Origin: Clostridium sp. CAG:793
Lineage (GTDB): Bacteria; Bacillota; Clostridia; TANB77; CAG-508
Reading direction: 5' to 3'
Length of the DNA stretch: 59,632 nt
Assembly (NCBI GenBank): GCA_000433915.1
Contig: HF993639.1
Span: 1-59,632, forward strand
The notes under the pieces are model-generated. The model was not told the DNA's origin. It did not search any database and saw only the letters and a program-made list of their open reading frames with translations. Position 1 is the stretch's first letter. The number at the start of each line of letters is the position of its first letter. A program made the translations under genes and the position numbers. Below, piece after piece: positions 7,334-17,673 of the stretch.

Positions 7334-8953
7334 TTATGCTGATTTTCTTAGCTCTATTGCGTGCTTTCGTGCTATATCTGTTACGTCTCCATTAGATATT
7401 CGTGCTATTTCATCGATTATTTCATTTTCTGTAAGTTTTTTTATAACTGTATGTGTTCTATCATTTTCTGTAACTTTACTTATGAAATAGTTTTCATCAC
7501 CTTTTGCTGCTATACTTGGTTGGTGAGTTATACATATTACTTGATGTTTGTTTCCTATTAGTTTTAATTTCTGCCCAACTGCTTTTGCAGCTTTTCCACT
7601 TATCCCAGTATCTATTTCATCGAATATTAATACTGGTGTACTGTCTGTATTAGCAAGCACAGTTTTTATAGCTAACATTATTCTTGACATTTCTCCTCCT
7701 GATGCAATCTTTGCTAGTTCTTTGGCCTCTTCTCCAATATTTGTTGATATGTAAAATTCCACTTCATCCATGCCTCTTTTATTAAATGTTTGTGTTTTAT
7801 TTATATTTACTTTAAATCTTGCATTTGGCATTTCTAAGTCTTTTAATTCTTTATTTATTTTTTCACTAAGTTCTTGTGCTACTTTTTGTCTTATTTGATT
7901 TATTTTCGTCGAATACTCTTCCATTTCTTTTGTTAGTTTGTTTATTTGATTTTTTAATTGTTTATTTATTTCTTCTGAATTGTTTATATAATTTATCTCT
8001 TTTTCTATATTATCTTTATATTCTAAAATTTCTTTTACACTATTTCCATATTTACGTTTTAATGAGTAAATCATATCAAGTCTTTCTTCAACTTCATTTC
8101 TTTCTTCTTCATTGAAATCTATATCTAAGTTCATATCTGATATATCTCTTGATATTTCTTCTATCTCATAATATGCTCCTTTTAATTCTGTTAACATTTC
8201 TGAATATTTTTTATCTAATGATTCTATTTTATCCAATGATTTAATAGCTCCATTTATACACTCTACTGCATTATCTATTTCTTGGCTTGATTCATTAAGA
8301 CTTTTTCCTATCTTTTCTGCATTTTGAAATATTACTCTTCTTTCATTTAGAGTTTCTTCTTCTCCCAGTTTTAAATCTGCCTTATCTATTTCATCAAATT
8401 CATATTGTAATAAGTCTAGTCTTCTCTTTTTCTCTTTATCATCTCCATAATTGTTTTTTAATTCTGCTTTTAGTTTGTTATATTGATTATATAATTCTTG
8501 ATATTTACTTAGTTCTGCGGCTAAATCTGCTCCACAGAAATCATCTAAATATTTTATATGATATTTAGAACTTAATATTTTCTGATTATCATTTTGACCA
8601 TGGATATCTATTACATTGTTCATAAATTCTTTTAGTTCTGTAACTGTTACTAATCTTCCATTTATCTTGCACGAATTTCTACCATTTATATGAATTTCTC
8701 TACTTACTATTACATTTCCATCTATTGCTCTTTCATTATCAGGTAAATATAAATTTAATTCTACAAAAGAGTATTCTTCTCCTCTTCTGATCATTTCTTT
8801 TGAAAATCTTCCTCCAGATATTATATTGATTGCATCAATAATAAGCGTTTTCCCAGCACCTGTCTCTCCTGTAAAAACATTAAATCCATTATTTAATTCA
8901 ACACTTAAATCATCTATAATTCCAATATTTTTTATATGCAAAGTTGTAATCAT
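7334..8953 (-). CDS. recN: DNA repair protein RecN
   Basis: This is an SMC-like ATPase with Walker A GETGAGKT, a long coiled coil, the signature SGGEMSRIMLA and Walker B LIFDEIDTG. The start MITTLHIKN at 8953 follows GGAGG. Confidence 0.94.
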   Translation of the reverse strand: MITTLHIKNIGIIDDLSVELNNGFNVFTGETGAGKTLIIDAINIISGGRFSKEMIRRGEEYSFVELNLYLPDNERAIDGNVIVSREIHINGRNSCKINGRLVTVTELKEFMNNVIDIHGQNDNQKILSSKYHIKYLDDFCGADLAAELSKYQELYNQYNKLKAELKNNYGDDKEKKRRLDLLQYEFDEIDKADLKLGEEETLNERRVIFQNAEKIGKSLNESSQEIDNAVECINGAIKSLDKIESLDKKYSEMLTELKGAYYEIEEISRDISDMNLDIDFNEEERNEVEERLDMIYSLKRKYGNSVKEILEYKDNIEKEINYINNSEEINKQLKNQINKLTKEMEEYSTKINQIRQKVAQELSEKINKELKDLEMPNARFKVNINKTQTFNKRGMDEVEFYISTNIGEEAKELAKIASGGEMSRIMLAIKTVLANTDSTPVLIFDEIDTGISGKAAKAVGQKLKLIGNKHQVICITHQPSIAAKGDENYFISKVTENDRTHTVIKKLTENEIIDEIARISNGDVTDIARKHAIELRKSA

Positions 8954-8971
8954 ATTTGCCTCCAAAATTAT

Positions 8972-9018
8972 CGAACTTTTGTTTGTTATATTATACAAAT
9001 ATTTGTTTGGGTTGTCAA
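8972..9018 (-). promoter_or_regulatory. recN promoter with a LexA (Cheo-box-like) operator
   Basis: On the minus strand: TTGACA (9013-9018), 17 nt, then TATAAT (8990-8995). CGAACTTTTGTTTG (8972-8985) matches CGAAC-N4-GTTCG with one mismatch and lies just downstream of the -10. Confidence 0.55.
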
Positions 9019-9041
9019 TATATTTTTTATAAAATTTGCAA

Positions 9042-9078
9042 AAACTGCAAATAATAGATTTCTCTATATTTGCAGTTT
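9042..9078 (-). terminator. Terminator after the cyclophilin gene
   Basis: AAACTGCAAATA (9042-9053) pairs with TATTTGCAGTTT (9067-9078), a 12-bp stem. A U-rich tail follows on the minus strand. Confidence 0.65.
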
Positions 9079-9082
9079 TATT

Positions 9083-9931
9083 TTAGTTTGTTGATGAACT
9101 ACTTGATGATCCATAGTATTGTCTCATCATGTATGAATAATAATCAAATGGCTCTACTGTTTTTGGCTTACCATAATCTACTCCATAAGTTTCTACTGTT
9201 ATTGATGTTATTACTGGTGGATTTATTGGTTTATTTGCTTTTTTGGTAGTATCTTTACTGTCTGTATCTCTTGTTTCTACTTCTAAGTTAGATATTTGGT
9301 CTACAATGTCCATTCCTGATGTTACTTTTCCGAATGCAGCATATTGTCCGTCAAGACTTGTATTATCAGCTGTCATTATAAAGAATTGGCATGATGCTGA
9401 ATTATATCCTTTTTTAGTTAGGCTAGGGGTTGAACTATAATCTGATCTTGCCATTGATAATACTCCTCTTTCATGTTTTAGAGTATTCTTGTTATATCTA
9501 TTCATTATAAATTCACCTTCTATTGCATACGCATCTGTAGAATCTTCTCCTAAATTAGATAATTTTGCACTTCCTGTTCCATCTCCATTAGGATCCCCTC
9601 CTTGGATCATGAAACCTGGAATTGTTCTATGGAATGTTAATCCATTATAAAAACCTTTTTGTGCAAGTGCAATAAAGTTTGCTACTGTATTTGGTGCATA
9701 TTGTGGGTATAGTTCTGCTTCAATTACTCCCATATTTTCTATTGTTATTGTAACTGTAGGATTTTTAGCTACATAATTTTTCTTTTGAATTATAGTATTT
9801 AAAACATATGCTATTGCACCTAATACTATTAATATTGCTAAAGTAGTTGCTACTATTGCTATTTTCTTTGAATAATATCCCTTAGCTTTTGGCTCTTTTA
9901 CTTTTTTTACTTCTTCTTCCTTTTCTTTCAT
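9083..9931 (-). CDS. Membrane-anchored cyclophilin-type peptidyl-prolyl cis-trans isomerase
   Basis: It has an N-terminal K/E-rich tail plus a TM helix, a cyclophilin core (FHRTIPGFMIQGGDPNGDGTG, SMARS, QFFI) and a C-terminal poly-Ser tail. Confidence 0.9.
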   Translation of the reverse strand: MKEKEEEVKKVKEPKAKGYYSKKIAIVATTLAILIVLGAIAYVLNTIIQKKNYVAKNPTVTITIENMGVIEAELYPQYAPNTVANFIALAQKGFYNGLTFHRTIPGFMIQGGDPNGDGTGSAKLSNLGEDSTDAYAIEGEFIMNRYNKNTLKHERGVLSMARSDYSSTPSLTKKGYNSASCQFFIMTADNTSLDGQYAAFGKVTSGMDIVDQISNLEVETRDTDSKDTTKKANKPINPPVITSITVETYGVDYGKPKTVEPFDYYSYMMRQYYGSSSSSSTN

Positions 9932-10003
9932 TATTCTTGTCCTTTTTCATTATGTATTTAGGCTTATGGTTTGCCTATGACCTAATATGTGTATACAATA
10001 CTA

Positions 10004-11068
10004 CTAAATCATCATATTGTCAAATGCTAATTGTTCTTGCATTCTTTTTAATGATTGAATTATTGTTCTTGCTCTAACTTCTCCGATTCCGTCAACTGTG
10101 TCTAATTCTTTTATGTCAGCTGATAATAAATGCTGAAATGATTTGAATTTTTTTACCAAATTATCAACTATATTAGCTGGCATTCTTGGTATCTTGCTTA
10201 ATACTCTATATCCTCTTGCATATATTGTTACTTCATCAAAATTGTCTGTTTCTTTCATTCCTAATATTCCTGCTATTATTGGTGTTTTAAATAGCTCTTC
10301 GTAGCTTAGCTTTTTGATTTCATTATATGCGTCTATTGGATCCTTTTTTACAACATAGTCTTTAAATAGCAGTTTTTCTTCTTTTTCTACTCCATCTATT
10401 AATTCATCAAGTTGCATTGATATTAATCTTCCTTCAGTACCTAATTCGTATACTGCTTTTCTAACTTCATCTGCTATCTTCATAAGCATTTCACATCTTT
10501 GTATTGTTTCGATTAATAGTTCTAAAGTTGCTATATCATTAAATTCGTATTCGTTTAATCTGTTTATCTTGTTGTCAAATACTTTCCTATATTTTTCAAC
10601 AGTTTGCAAAGCTTGGTTGGCTTTTGCTGCAACTCTTGATGTATCTTCTAAAACATATCTTTCATTTGAATTATATATAGTTATTATTCCTCTTCTTTGA
10701 GATATACTTATTACTATGTTTCCTGTTTTTTTAGATACACGCTCTGCTGTTCTATGTCTAGTTCCCGTTTCAGTTGTTGGAATACTTGCATCTGGCATTA
10801 GTTGTGCATTTGCAAATAATATTCTTTTTAAATCTTCACTTAAAATAATTGCACCATCCATTTTAGCTAATTCATATAATCTTGCTGGAGTATAGTCAAC
10901 ATTTATATTAAATCCACCGTCAACTATTTCCATTACTTCCTTACTATCACCAATTACTATTAATGCTCCAGTTTTTGCTTTTAATATATTGTCTAACCCT
11001 TCTCTTATTTGCGTTCCTGGCGCTATCATTTTCAAAATTTCAACTAGTTCCAAATTAAGCCCCCACAA
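10004..11068 (-). CDS. disA: DNA integrity scanning protein DisA (diadenylate cyclase)
   Basis: DAC domain motifs are present (DGAIIL, GTRHRTAER) along with a C-terminal HhH (GIGEVRARTI). The order radA-disA is conserved. The ORF-track start is TTG and the exact start is uncertain. Confidence 0.92.
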   Translation of the reverse strand: MWGLNLELVEILKMIAPGTQIREGLDNILKAKTGALIVIGDSKEVMEIVDGGFNINVDYTPARLYELAKMDGAIILSEDLKRILFANAQLMPDASIPTTETGTRHRTAERVSKKTGNIVISISQRRGIITIYNSNERYVLEDTSRVAAKANQALQTVEKYRKVFDNKINRLNEYEFNDIATLELLIETIQRCEMLMKIADEVRKAVYELGTEGRLISMQLDELIDGVEKEEKLLFKDYVVKKDPIDAYNEIKKLSYEELFKTPIIAGILGMKETDNFDEVTIYARGYRVLSKIPRMPANIVDNLVKKFKSFQHLLSADIKELDTVDGIGEVRARTIIQSLKRMQEQLAFDNMMI

Positions 11069-11123
11069 TCTTTATATTAATATTTTGTCTTCTTTGGTCT
11101 GTTATTATTTTTTTCTTTTGAGC

Positions 11124-12501
11124 TTAATTATTGAATATCCCAATTACTCTTAGTGCTTCGTTTATATTTTTCACTCCTATTATATCCAATTTATAGGAAT
11201 TTTTCAAGAGTTTCTTATTATTTTCAGGAATTATACACTTTTTTATTCCTAGTCTTTCTGATTCTTTTAATCTTTTGTCTATCATGTTTACAGATCTTAT
11301 TTCTCCTGTTAGGCCTACTTCTCCAATTATTGCAGTGTCTTTTGGAATGTAAACATTTTTATAACTTGATGCTATAACTAATGCTATTCCCAAATCAACT
11401 GCTGGTTCTGTTATCTTCATTCCACTTACTACATTTACATAAACATCTTGATTTCCTAAGCTTAAATGCGCTCTTTTTTCAAGAACAGCTAGTAGCAATG
11501 CTATCTTGTTAAAATCTATCCCATTTCCTGTTCTTTTTGGTATTCCATAAAAGCTCTGAGTTGTAAGTGCTTGTAGCTCTACTAATAGTGGTCTTGTTCC
11601 TTCTAAGCTACATACTATTCCTGCTCCTGGAACATTTTCTTGATCTTCTGATATTAAAATCGATGACGGATTTGTTACTTCGCACATTCCTTCATTTAGC
11701 ATTTCAAACATTCCAATTTCGTTTGTTGAGCCAAATCTGTTCTTTACACCTCTTAATATTCTATAAGAAAAATATCTTTCACCTTCTAAATATAAAACAG
11801 TGTCTACCATGTGTTCTAAGACTCTTGGTCCTGCAATGTTTCCGTCTTTTGTAACATGTCCAATTATTATTGTTGTTATTTGATTTTGTTTGCAGCATTT
11901 CATGATTCTTGCTGTTATTTCTCTTACTTGACTTACTGTTCCTGGTGCGGATGAAATTTCGTTTGAATACATTGTTTGTATAGAGTCTATTACTACTAGT
12001 TTTGGCTTTATTTCTATGATCTCCGCTTCTATTGCATCAATATCTGTTTCTCCAAGGAACAATATATGGTCATTATGTATTTGTAATCTGTCAGCTCTTA
12101 ATTTTACTTGTTCTGCCGATTCTTCTCCTGATACGTATAATACTTTTTCATCTTCACCTTTTGCAATTTTATCACATAGCTGTAGTATTAGAGTGGATTT
12201 TCCTATACCCGGTTCTCCTCCAATTAGCACTAGTGACCCTTTTACAATTCCTCCACCTAATACTCTATCAAGTTCTTCATAGCCTGTTGATGTTCGTATT
12301 GCTTCTTTTCCTTCAACTTTGTTAAGGTTCATAGGTTTTGTTTTTTCTTTAAGATTAATACTCGCTCCGACTTGATGTTACAGCTTGTACTTTTTCTTCG
12401 TAAAAAGTATTCCATGCATTGCATGCAGGACATTTTCCTAGCCATTTAGGAGATTCATATCCACAGTCACTGCATACAAATATTGATTTTGCTTTTGCCA
12501 T
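11124..12501 (-). pseudogene. radA: radA/sms interrupted by a frameshift (zinc-finger N-terminus in one frame, ATPase-Lon body in another)
   Basis: Positions 12501-12355 encode MAKAKSIFVCSDCGYESPKWLGKCPACNAWNTFYEEKVQAVTSSRSEY-stop, the C4 zinc finger. The body (Walker A GGEPGIGKST, KNRFG, Lon-like C-terminus) is open in the +1 frame from 12377 and listed from the ATG at 12332. The shift must lie within 12355-12380. Confidence 0.75.
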
Positions 12502-12522
12502 TATTATTCCTTTCTTTGAGTC

Positions 12523-14478
12523 TTATACTAGCATATCTATAAACATTGCATGTGACCATCCTAGTCCTATTACCCATTTCTCATTTAGATCACTATTTGC
12601 TTGTTCAGCTAATAATCCTGTTTCAGTTGCACTGTTTACAATGAATCTCATACATTCATTTGCTGATTTCTGGTTTCCTATTTTTTTATAGTATAATCCC
12701 ATCCATGCAGTTGCAACTATCCAAGGGTTAGTTCCTCCCATATAGTTATCTCCTTGGAATCTTAGATATCCTCCTAGATATGTTCTTAATGTCATGTTTA
12801 TTTGTTCTACTGTATTAGTTATAATTTTTTCTTTAGGATCAAATACTTCAAATGGTATTACTGCTCCTAATATACTTATGTCTGTTAATCTGTCATTTGT
12901 ATTTCTTACTAACACTTTTCTTTGTTTATCATACAAGTTATTCATTATATATTGCTTGATTTCTCTCATTAAGCCTTCGTATCTTGCTTTTGCTAGTATT
13001 ATGTCATCTTGTTTTAGTCTATTGTTTGTGTAAAATTCTGATATTTCATCATATATTTCTATCATTGAATGGAATGCTCCATATATTGCGCAAATTGAGT
13101 ATAAATGTACTCCTTCGTTCATTTCCCATAAGTCATAACTATTGTGTTTATATATTTCGTCTCTTTCTTTATAATTGTAGTCTTTTTCTAATTGCATTCT
13201 TACTACATCTATTTTCTCTTCTTTACCCATTATATGATTAATATATTTTTCCATGAAGTCTGTTGCTTTTTCCATCATTCTTAAATTGTCTTTTAAGAAT
13301 TTCTTGTCTTTTTTTCCTGTACGTTTTTCCATTGTTTTATAATGTTGTAAGGCTCCCCATACAACTATTGCTGTTTCGTCTATCTGATATCCCCAGCAAG
13401 GTGCAAGTCTTCCATCTGAATAAAATCTTTGTTCCCACATTCCATTTTTTGATTGCGTTTTTTTCAAGAAGATTTCATACATTTTTTTAGTCATATCTTC
13501 AAATCCAATATGATCTAATGCTTCATACATCATTACGGCATCTCTTGGCCAGCAATAGGCATATTTTCCGCACTTATCTTGCTCTTCATCTATTTCTAAT
13601 GATGCACTGATTCCACCTGTTTTTTCATTCATCAATAATGGCATAAATAATATTGTTCTTTTATATATTTGTATTAATTTATTTGTATATTCTGTTCCAT
13701 CATTTTTTAATTTTAGAGCGTCATGAGCATCTACGTACTTTTGCCAGTATTTATTTACTTTTTCAATTTCTTTATCAAAGTTTAGTTTTCTTAATTTATC
13801 AATTTGTTCTGCTGTATCTTTTATGTCTTCATCATCATATTTTAGATACATTAATAATACAAATTCTTTTTCCTCACCTGGTTTTATTGTCCCTATGTCA
13901 TAGCTTATTGCTGCATTTGCAGACATTCCTATATAGTCTTTGTCATAGATTGTTCCTGACAATATATTTCTTTCTACATTATTTAACTGATGACTTAATA
14001 GTTTTTCAGTAGAAAATATAGCTGATGTAAAGTTATGACTATATTGAATTAAGGCATTATTTTCTATCATTGCTCCTGCCATGTTGTTGTATGATGATAC
14101 TGCTCCTGAATGTACTAAGAAGTTTACATTTAATTCTATTGTATTGTTATTCTTGAATATATATTTTTTAAGTAATACATCTTGATTTATCATTACACAA
14201 TCTATTTGATGTATTTTTAAATTAAAATATGTGTTTTCTATTTCTGTATTTAGTACATTTGAATTTTCTGTATAATATTGCTTATATTTGTTATTGATAT
14301 CTTTATGCAAATAAATTATGTTTGAATCGTTTATTTTGATTCCTGTATGAAAAAAATCAGAATACTGTCTATAATCTGGTAATGGATAGTATAGTCTTAA
14401 TAGTTCTCCATATTTACTGAAACTGACTGTTATATCTTTGTTTCCAATAAATGCGTCATTGTAATATTTCTTTTTCAT
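12523..14478 (-). CDS. Glycoside hydrolase family 15 protein (glucoamylase / glucodextranase-like)
   Basis: It has an N-terminal beta-sandwich plus an (alpha/alpha)6 catalytic domain. Motifs include YCWPRDA and SYDLWEMNEG. Confidence 0.85.
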   Translation of the reverse strand: MKKKYYNDAFIGNKDITVSFSKYGELLRLYYPLPDYRQYSDFFHTGIKINDSNIIYLHKDINNKYKQYYTENSNVLNTEIENTYFNLKIHQIDCVMINQDVLLKKYIFKNNNTIELNVNFLVHSGAVSSYNNMAGAMIENNALIQYSHNFTSAIFSTEKLLSHQLNNVERNILSGTIYDKDYIGMSANAAISYDIGTIKPGEEKEFVLLMYLKYDDEDIKDTAEQIDKLRKLNFDKEIEKVNKYWQKYVDAHDALKLKNDGTEYTNKLIQIYKRTILFMPLLMNEKTGGISASLEIDEEQDKCGKYAYCWPRDAVMMYEALDHIGFEDMTKKMYEIFLKKTQSKNGMWEQRFYSDGRLAPCWGYQIDETAIVVWGALQHYKTMEKRTGKKDKKFLKDNLRMMEKATDFMEKYINHIMGKEEKIDVVRMQLEKDYNYKERDEIYKHNSYDLWEMNEGVHLYSICAIYGAFHSMIEIYDEISEFYTNNRLKQDDIILAKARYEGLMREIKQYIMNNLYDKQRKVLVRNTNDRLTDISILGAVIPFEVFDPKEKIITNTVEQINMTLRTYLGGYLRFQGDNYMGGTNPWIVATAWMGLYYKKIGNQKSANECMRFIVNSATETGLLAEQANSDLNEKWVIGLGWSHAMFIDMLV

Positions 14479-16151
14479 TTGTTTTCGTCTCCCTTATTCA
14501 TTATTTGAACAATTTGTTTTCTTAAATCATTTACTCTATTATTAAGTTTAGCCATATCTTCATCTGCTGTAGATTGCATTCTAATGTCTTCTTTTAATGC
14601 GTGTTTCATTTCTTCTAGTTCATTTTCTAATGCTTGCATTTTGTCTATAAGCTCTAATTTACTAAATTGCTTCTTTACAGGATCTTTGTATTTTTCAATT
14701 ACTTCACATTCATTTCCTAAAGTGTATTCTTGGCCATACTCTGGAATTGATATTCCTATTTTTGAATCTGTCTGTTCTAATATTTTATCTCTTAATACTT
14801 CTTGTGAATCATATTCTCCATGTACTAGGAATATATGTTTTGGCATTATCTCATTAAATGATGCTACATAATTAAGTAAACCTTGTTGGTCTGCATGACC
14901 AGAATATCCTTCAATATATTCAACTCTTGCTTTTACTGCAAATTCTTCTCCTAGTATTTTTACTTTTTTATCACCATCAACGATTCTTCTACCTAATGTT
15001 CCTGGTGCTTGATATCCAACAAATAGTATTGTACTTTGTGGGTTCCAGATATTATGTTTTAAATGATGTTTTATTCTTCCGACATCACACATTCCACTTG
15101 CAGATATTATTATACATGGTTCATTTGATTCATTTAACGCTTTTGATTCGTCTACTGATTGTGTGAAATGTAGTCCTGGAAATTCTAGTGGATTATCTCC
15201 TCTTAGCATAAATTCTTTTATTTCATCTGAAAATAAATCCATGTTTTTCTTAAATACTTCTGTTGCTGATACAGCTAATGGACTATCTACATATACTGGA
15301 ACTTTCATTAATGTTTCATATTCCCTTTGAAATTCTTTATCATTTTTATGCTGATCTTTTATTTTGTTTATTTCATATAATATTTCCTGCGTTCTTCCTA
15401 CTGCAAATGAAGGAATTACAACAGTTCCACCATTATCTATAGTTTCTGATACTATTTTTAAGAATAACGAAGCTTTCTGATCATTTCTCATATGAAGTCT
15501 ACTTCCATATGTTGATTCCATTATTAGATAATCTGCACTTGATATCATTGTTGGACTTGCTAATAATGGTATATCATTGTTTCCTATATCTCCTGAAAAT
15601 ACTATCTTTTCTTGCTTTTCATTTTCAGTAACCCATACTTCTATCATGCTTGACCCTAGCATGTGTCCTGCATCATTAAATCTTACAGATATATCTGGTG
15701 TTATTTCTATTATTTCATCATATTTTACAGGCTTAAATACTTCTAAACAATCTAATGCGTCTTGTGCTGTATATAATGGTTCTAGCAAGTCTCTTTTTCC
15801 TGCTCTTTTCCTTTTCTTGTTTTTATTTTCTGTTTCAGTTTCTTGTATATGTCCACTGTCTGGTAGCATTATATTGCATAAATCACATGTTGCTTTTGTT
15901 GCATATATTGGATTTCTGTATCCATCTTTATATAGTTTAGGGATTCTTCCTGAATGGTCTATATGTGCATGTGTTAATAGCATAAAATCAATATCTGATA
16001 CATCATATTCAAATGGTCTATCATTTAATATTTCTTCCTCCATTCTTCCTTGATGTAATCCGCAGTCAACAAGAAATTTCTTTCCAGCTCCTTCTATTAA
16101 AAAGTTTGAACCTGTTACAGTTCTTGTTGCGCCTAAAAAAGTTATTTTCAT
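14475..16151 (-). CDS. Metallo-beta-lactamase / beta-CASP family nuclease (CPSF73 / RNase J-like) with a C-terminal coiled coil
   Basis: Motifs: HAHIDHSG, beta-CASP segments, and GYSGHAD near the C-terminus. The start MKITFLGA at 16151 follows AAGGAAAG. Its stop overlaps the GH15 start (ATGA). Confidence 0.85.
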   Translation of the reverse strand: MKITFLGATRTVTGSNFLIEGAGKKFLVDCGLHQGRMEEEILNDRPFEYDVSDIDFMLLTHAHIDHSGRIPKLYKDGYRNPIYATKATCDLCNIMLPDSGHIQETETENKNKKRKRAGKRDLLEPLYTAQDALDCLEVFKPVKYDEIIEITPDISVRFNDAGHMLGSSMIEVWVTENEKQEKIVFSGDIGNNDIPLLASPTMISSADYLIMESTYGSRLHMRNDQKASLFLKIVSETIDNGGTVVIPSFAVGRTQEILYEINKIKDQHKNDKEFQREYETLMKVPVYVDSPLAVSATEVFKKNMDLFSDEIKEFMLRGDNPLEFPGLHFTQSVDESKALNESNEPCIIISASGMCDVGRIKHHLKHNIWNPQSTILFVGYQAPGTLGRRIVDGDKKVKILGEEFAVKARVEYIEGYSGHADQQGLLNYVASFNEIMPKHIFLVHGEYDSQEVLRDKILEQTDSKIGISIPEYGQEYTLGNECEVIEKYKDPVKKQFSKLELIDKMQALENELEEMKHALKEDIRMQSTADEDMAKLNNRVNDLRKQIVQIMNKGDENK

Positions 16152-16202
16152 TTGTTCTTTCCTTTTCTTGAAATTTGTAATCATTTAGCAGATTACATGC
16201 TT

Positions 16203-17573
16203 TTATTCAAATATTTTTGTTTTCTTTTTTCTCTTTATTTCAACATTGCTTCCATCTGGTAACTGGACATTATACTCTTTTTCTAATGTATCTCCATCAT
16301 ATATTTGAACCCATATTCCATCTTCTGAGTTAGATAATTTTATATATAATCCTTCTAAGTTTACTGCTTGTGATTCAAATATTCCTGATAATAATCGTAT
16401 ATCCAAATCGTCATTATTTGATATTGGATTTAATACTCTTCCTTCTATTGCTTTTGGTATTATTTTTCTTTGTAGATCTATTAGTCTCATTTTGCAATTT
16501 GGTATATAGTTTAAATATCGTATTTCATATATTATGTCTAATATTTCTTTTCTATCTTCCGCTTTTTCTATTTTCTTTTCATAGCATCTCAAAAATTCTG
16601 TCTGTAATTTTGATATATCTGTTTTGCATTCATATAATTTTATTTGATACATTAGTTCATCTCGTGCTTTTATGAATTCATTTGGATTCTGCATTTTATT
16701 ATATTCATCTATTTTTGATAATATACTATTTCTTTCTTTTTCTAGTAAATCTGCATAATGGCTAACGCTAAATATTTTCTGTTCATTTGGTAATTTGCTA
16801 TTATAATTTAGATATTGCTGTTTTAAAATTACAGGATTATTCATTATTTCGTCAATGTTTCTTATTTGTTCTAATAATCTTTTCTTTTCTTCTCCTATTT
16901 CAATAACATATTTAGCTTGGTCTTTCATTTTTGATAATTTTGTTTTATATTCGGCTAATTTTTTTAGTATATGTTCGTTTTGATTTTTGTCATAAGACAT
17001 ATAGAATTGTATTGCAACTTTTGCAAGTTCGTTCCATAGTCCTTCTGTCATATTCTTTTTTAGTATTGCAATATTGTTGCTATTTATTTCATTTATAAAA
17101 TCTTTTCCGTATAAATACACTAATAAATTGTATATTATGTTACATTCTGTGCTTTCTATTTCATTTGGTAGTATTGACCATGACCATCCATTAAAGTCTC
17201 GTATTACTTCTGACACTGATATACATTTGCCTATTTCTATACATGTGATTATTGCTTTTTCTTCAGTTGGTAGATCTTCTTTTACGTCGTCTATGCTAGC
17301 TTTCATTATTCCATATAAAAGCGTTTTTTCATTTGGAAATGATATTACCCTTTTTTGTTTTGTTTTGCAATTTATTTTTAAATTGTCGTCTACTATTTTG
17401 CATTTTGTTTCATTTAATATCTTAGCTAATTCTGTATTTGGCTCTGCTATTTCTATAGTGTCACAATAGTTGTAAACATTGTCTACAATCATTTTTAAAA
17501 AAGTGTCTCTTTCTGGTACTTCTCTTTTTACGTTTTTATAATTTGAAAAACTATCTTCTGTTTTATAAAGCAT
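16203..17573 (-). CDS. Hypothetical protein (about 456 aa, predicted mostly helical, no motif recognised)
   Basis: This is a long intact ORF in an operon position upstream of the beta-CASP gene. The first ATG is at 17573; the ORF-track start at 17582 is TTG. It has no RBS of its own. Confidence 0.6.
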   Translation of the reverse strand: MLYKTEDSFSNYKNVKREVPERDTFLKMIVDNVYNYCDTIEIAEPNTELAKILNETKCKIVDDNLKINCKTKQKRVISFPNEKTLLYGIMKASIDDVKEDLPTEEKAIITCIEIGKCISVSEVIRDFNGWSWSILPNEIESTECNIIYNLLVYLYGKDFINEINSNNIAILKKNMTEGLWNELAKVAIQFYMSYDKNQNEHILKKLAEYKTKLSKMKDQAKYVIEIGEEKKRLLEQIRNIDEIMNNPVILKQQYLNYNSKLPNEQKIFSVSHYADLLEKERNSILSKIDEYNKMQNPNEFIKARDELMYQIKLYECKTDISKLQTEFLRCYEKKIEKAEDRKEILDIIYEIRYLNYIPNCKMRLIDLQRKIIPKAIEGRVLNPISNNDDLDIRLLSGIFESQAVNLEGLYIKLSNSEDGIWVQIYDGDTLEKEYNVQLPDGSNVEIKRKKKTKIFE

Positions 17574-17574
17574 A

Positions 17575-17673
17575 CTAAGCAAAAGGTTTCCAGCATCCTG
17601 TCCGGAATCCTTTTGCTTCTGCGATGTTGGCTAATTCTTCTTTATAATCTTTTACTAGAAATTTGCCTTTCAA
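17575..17673 (-). CDS. 32-codon upstream ORF, either coupled to the 459-aa gene or its frameshifted 5' end
   Basis: AAAGGAGAG, 5 nt, then a TTG start at 17673. It encodes MKGKFLVKDYKEELANIAEAKGFRTGCWKPFA. Its TAG stop (17577-17575) is 1 nt from the ATG at 17573. Confidence 0.35.
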   Translation of the reverse strand: MKGKFLVKDYKEELANIAEAKGFRTGCWKPFA

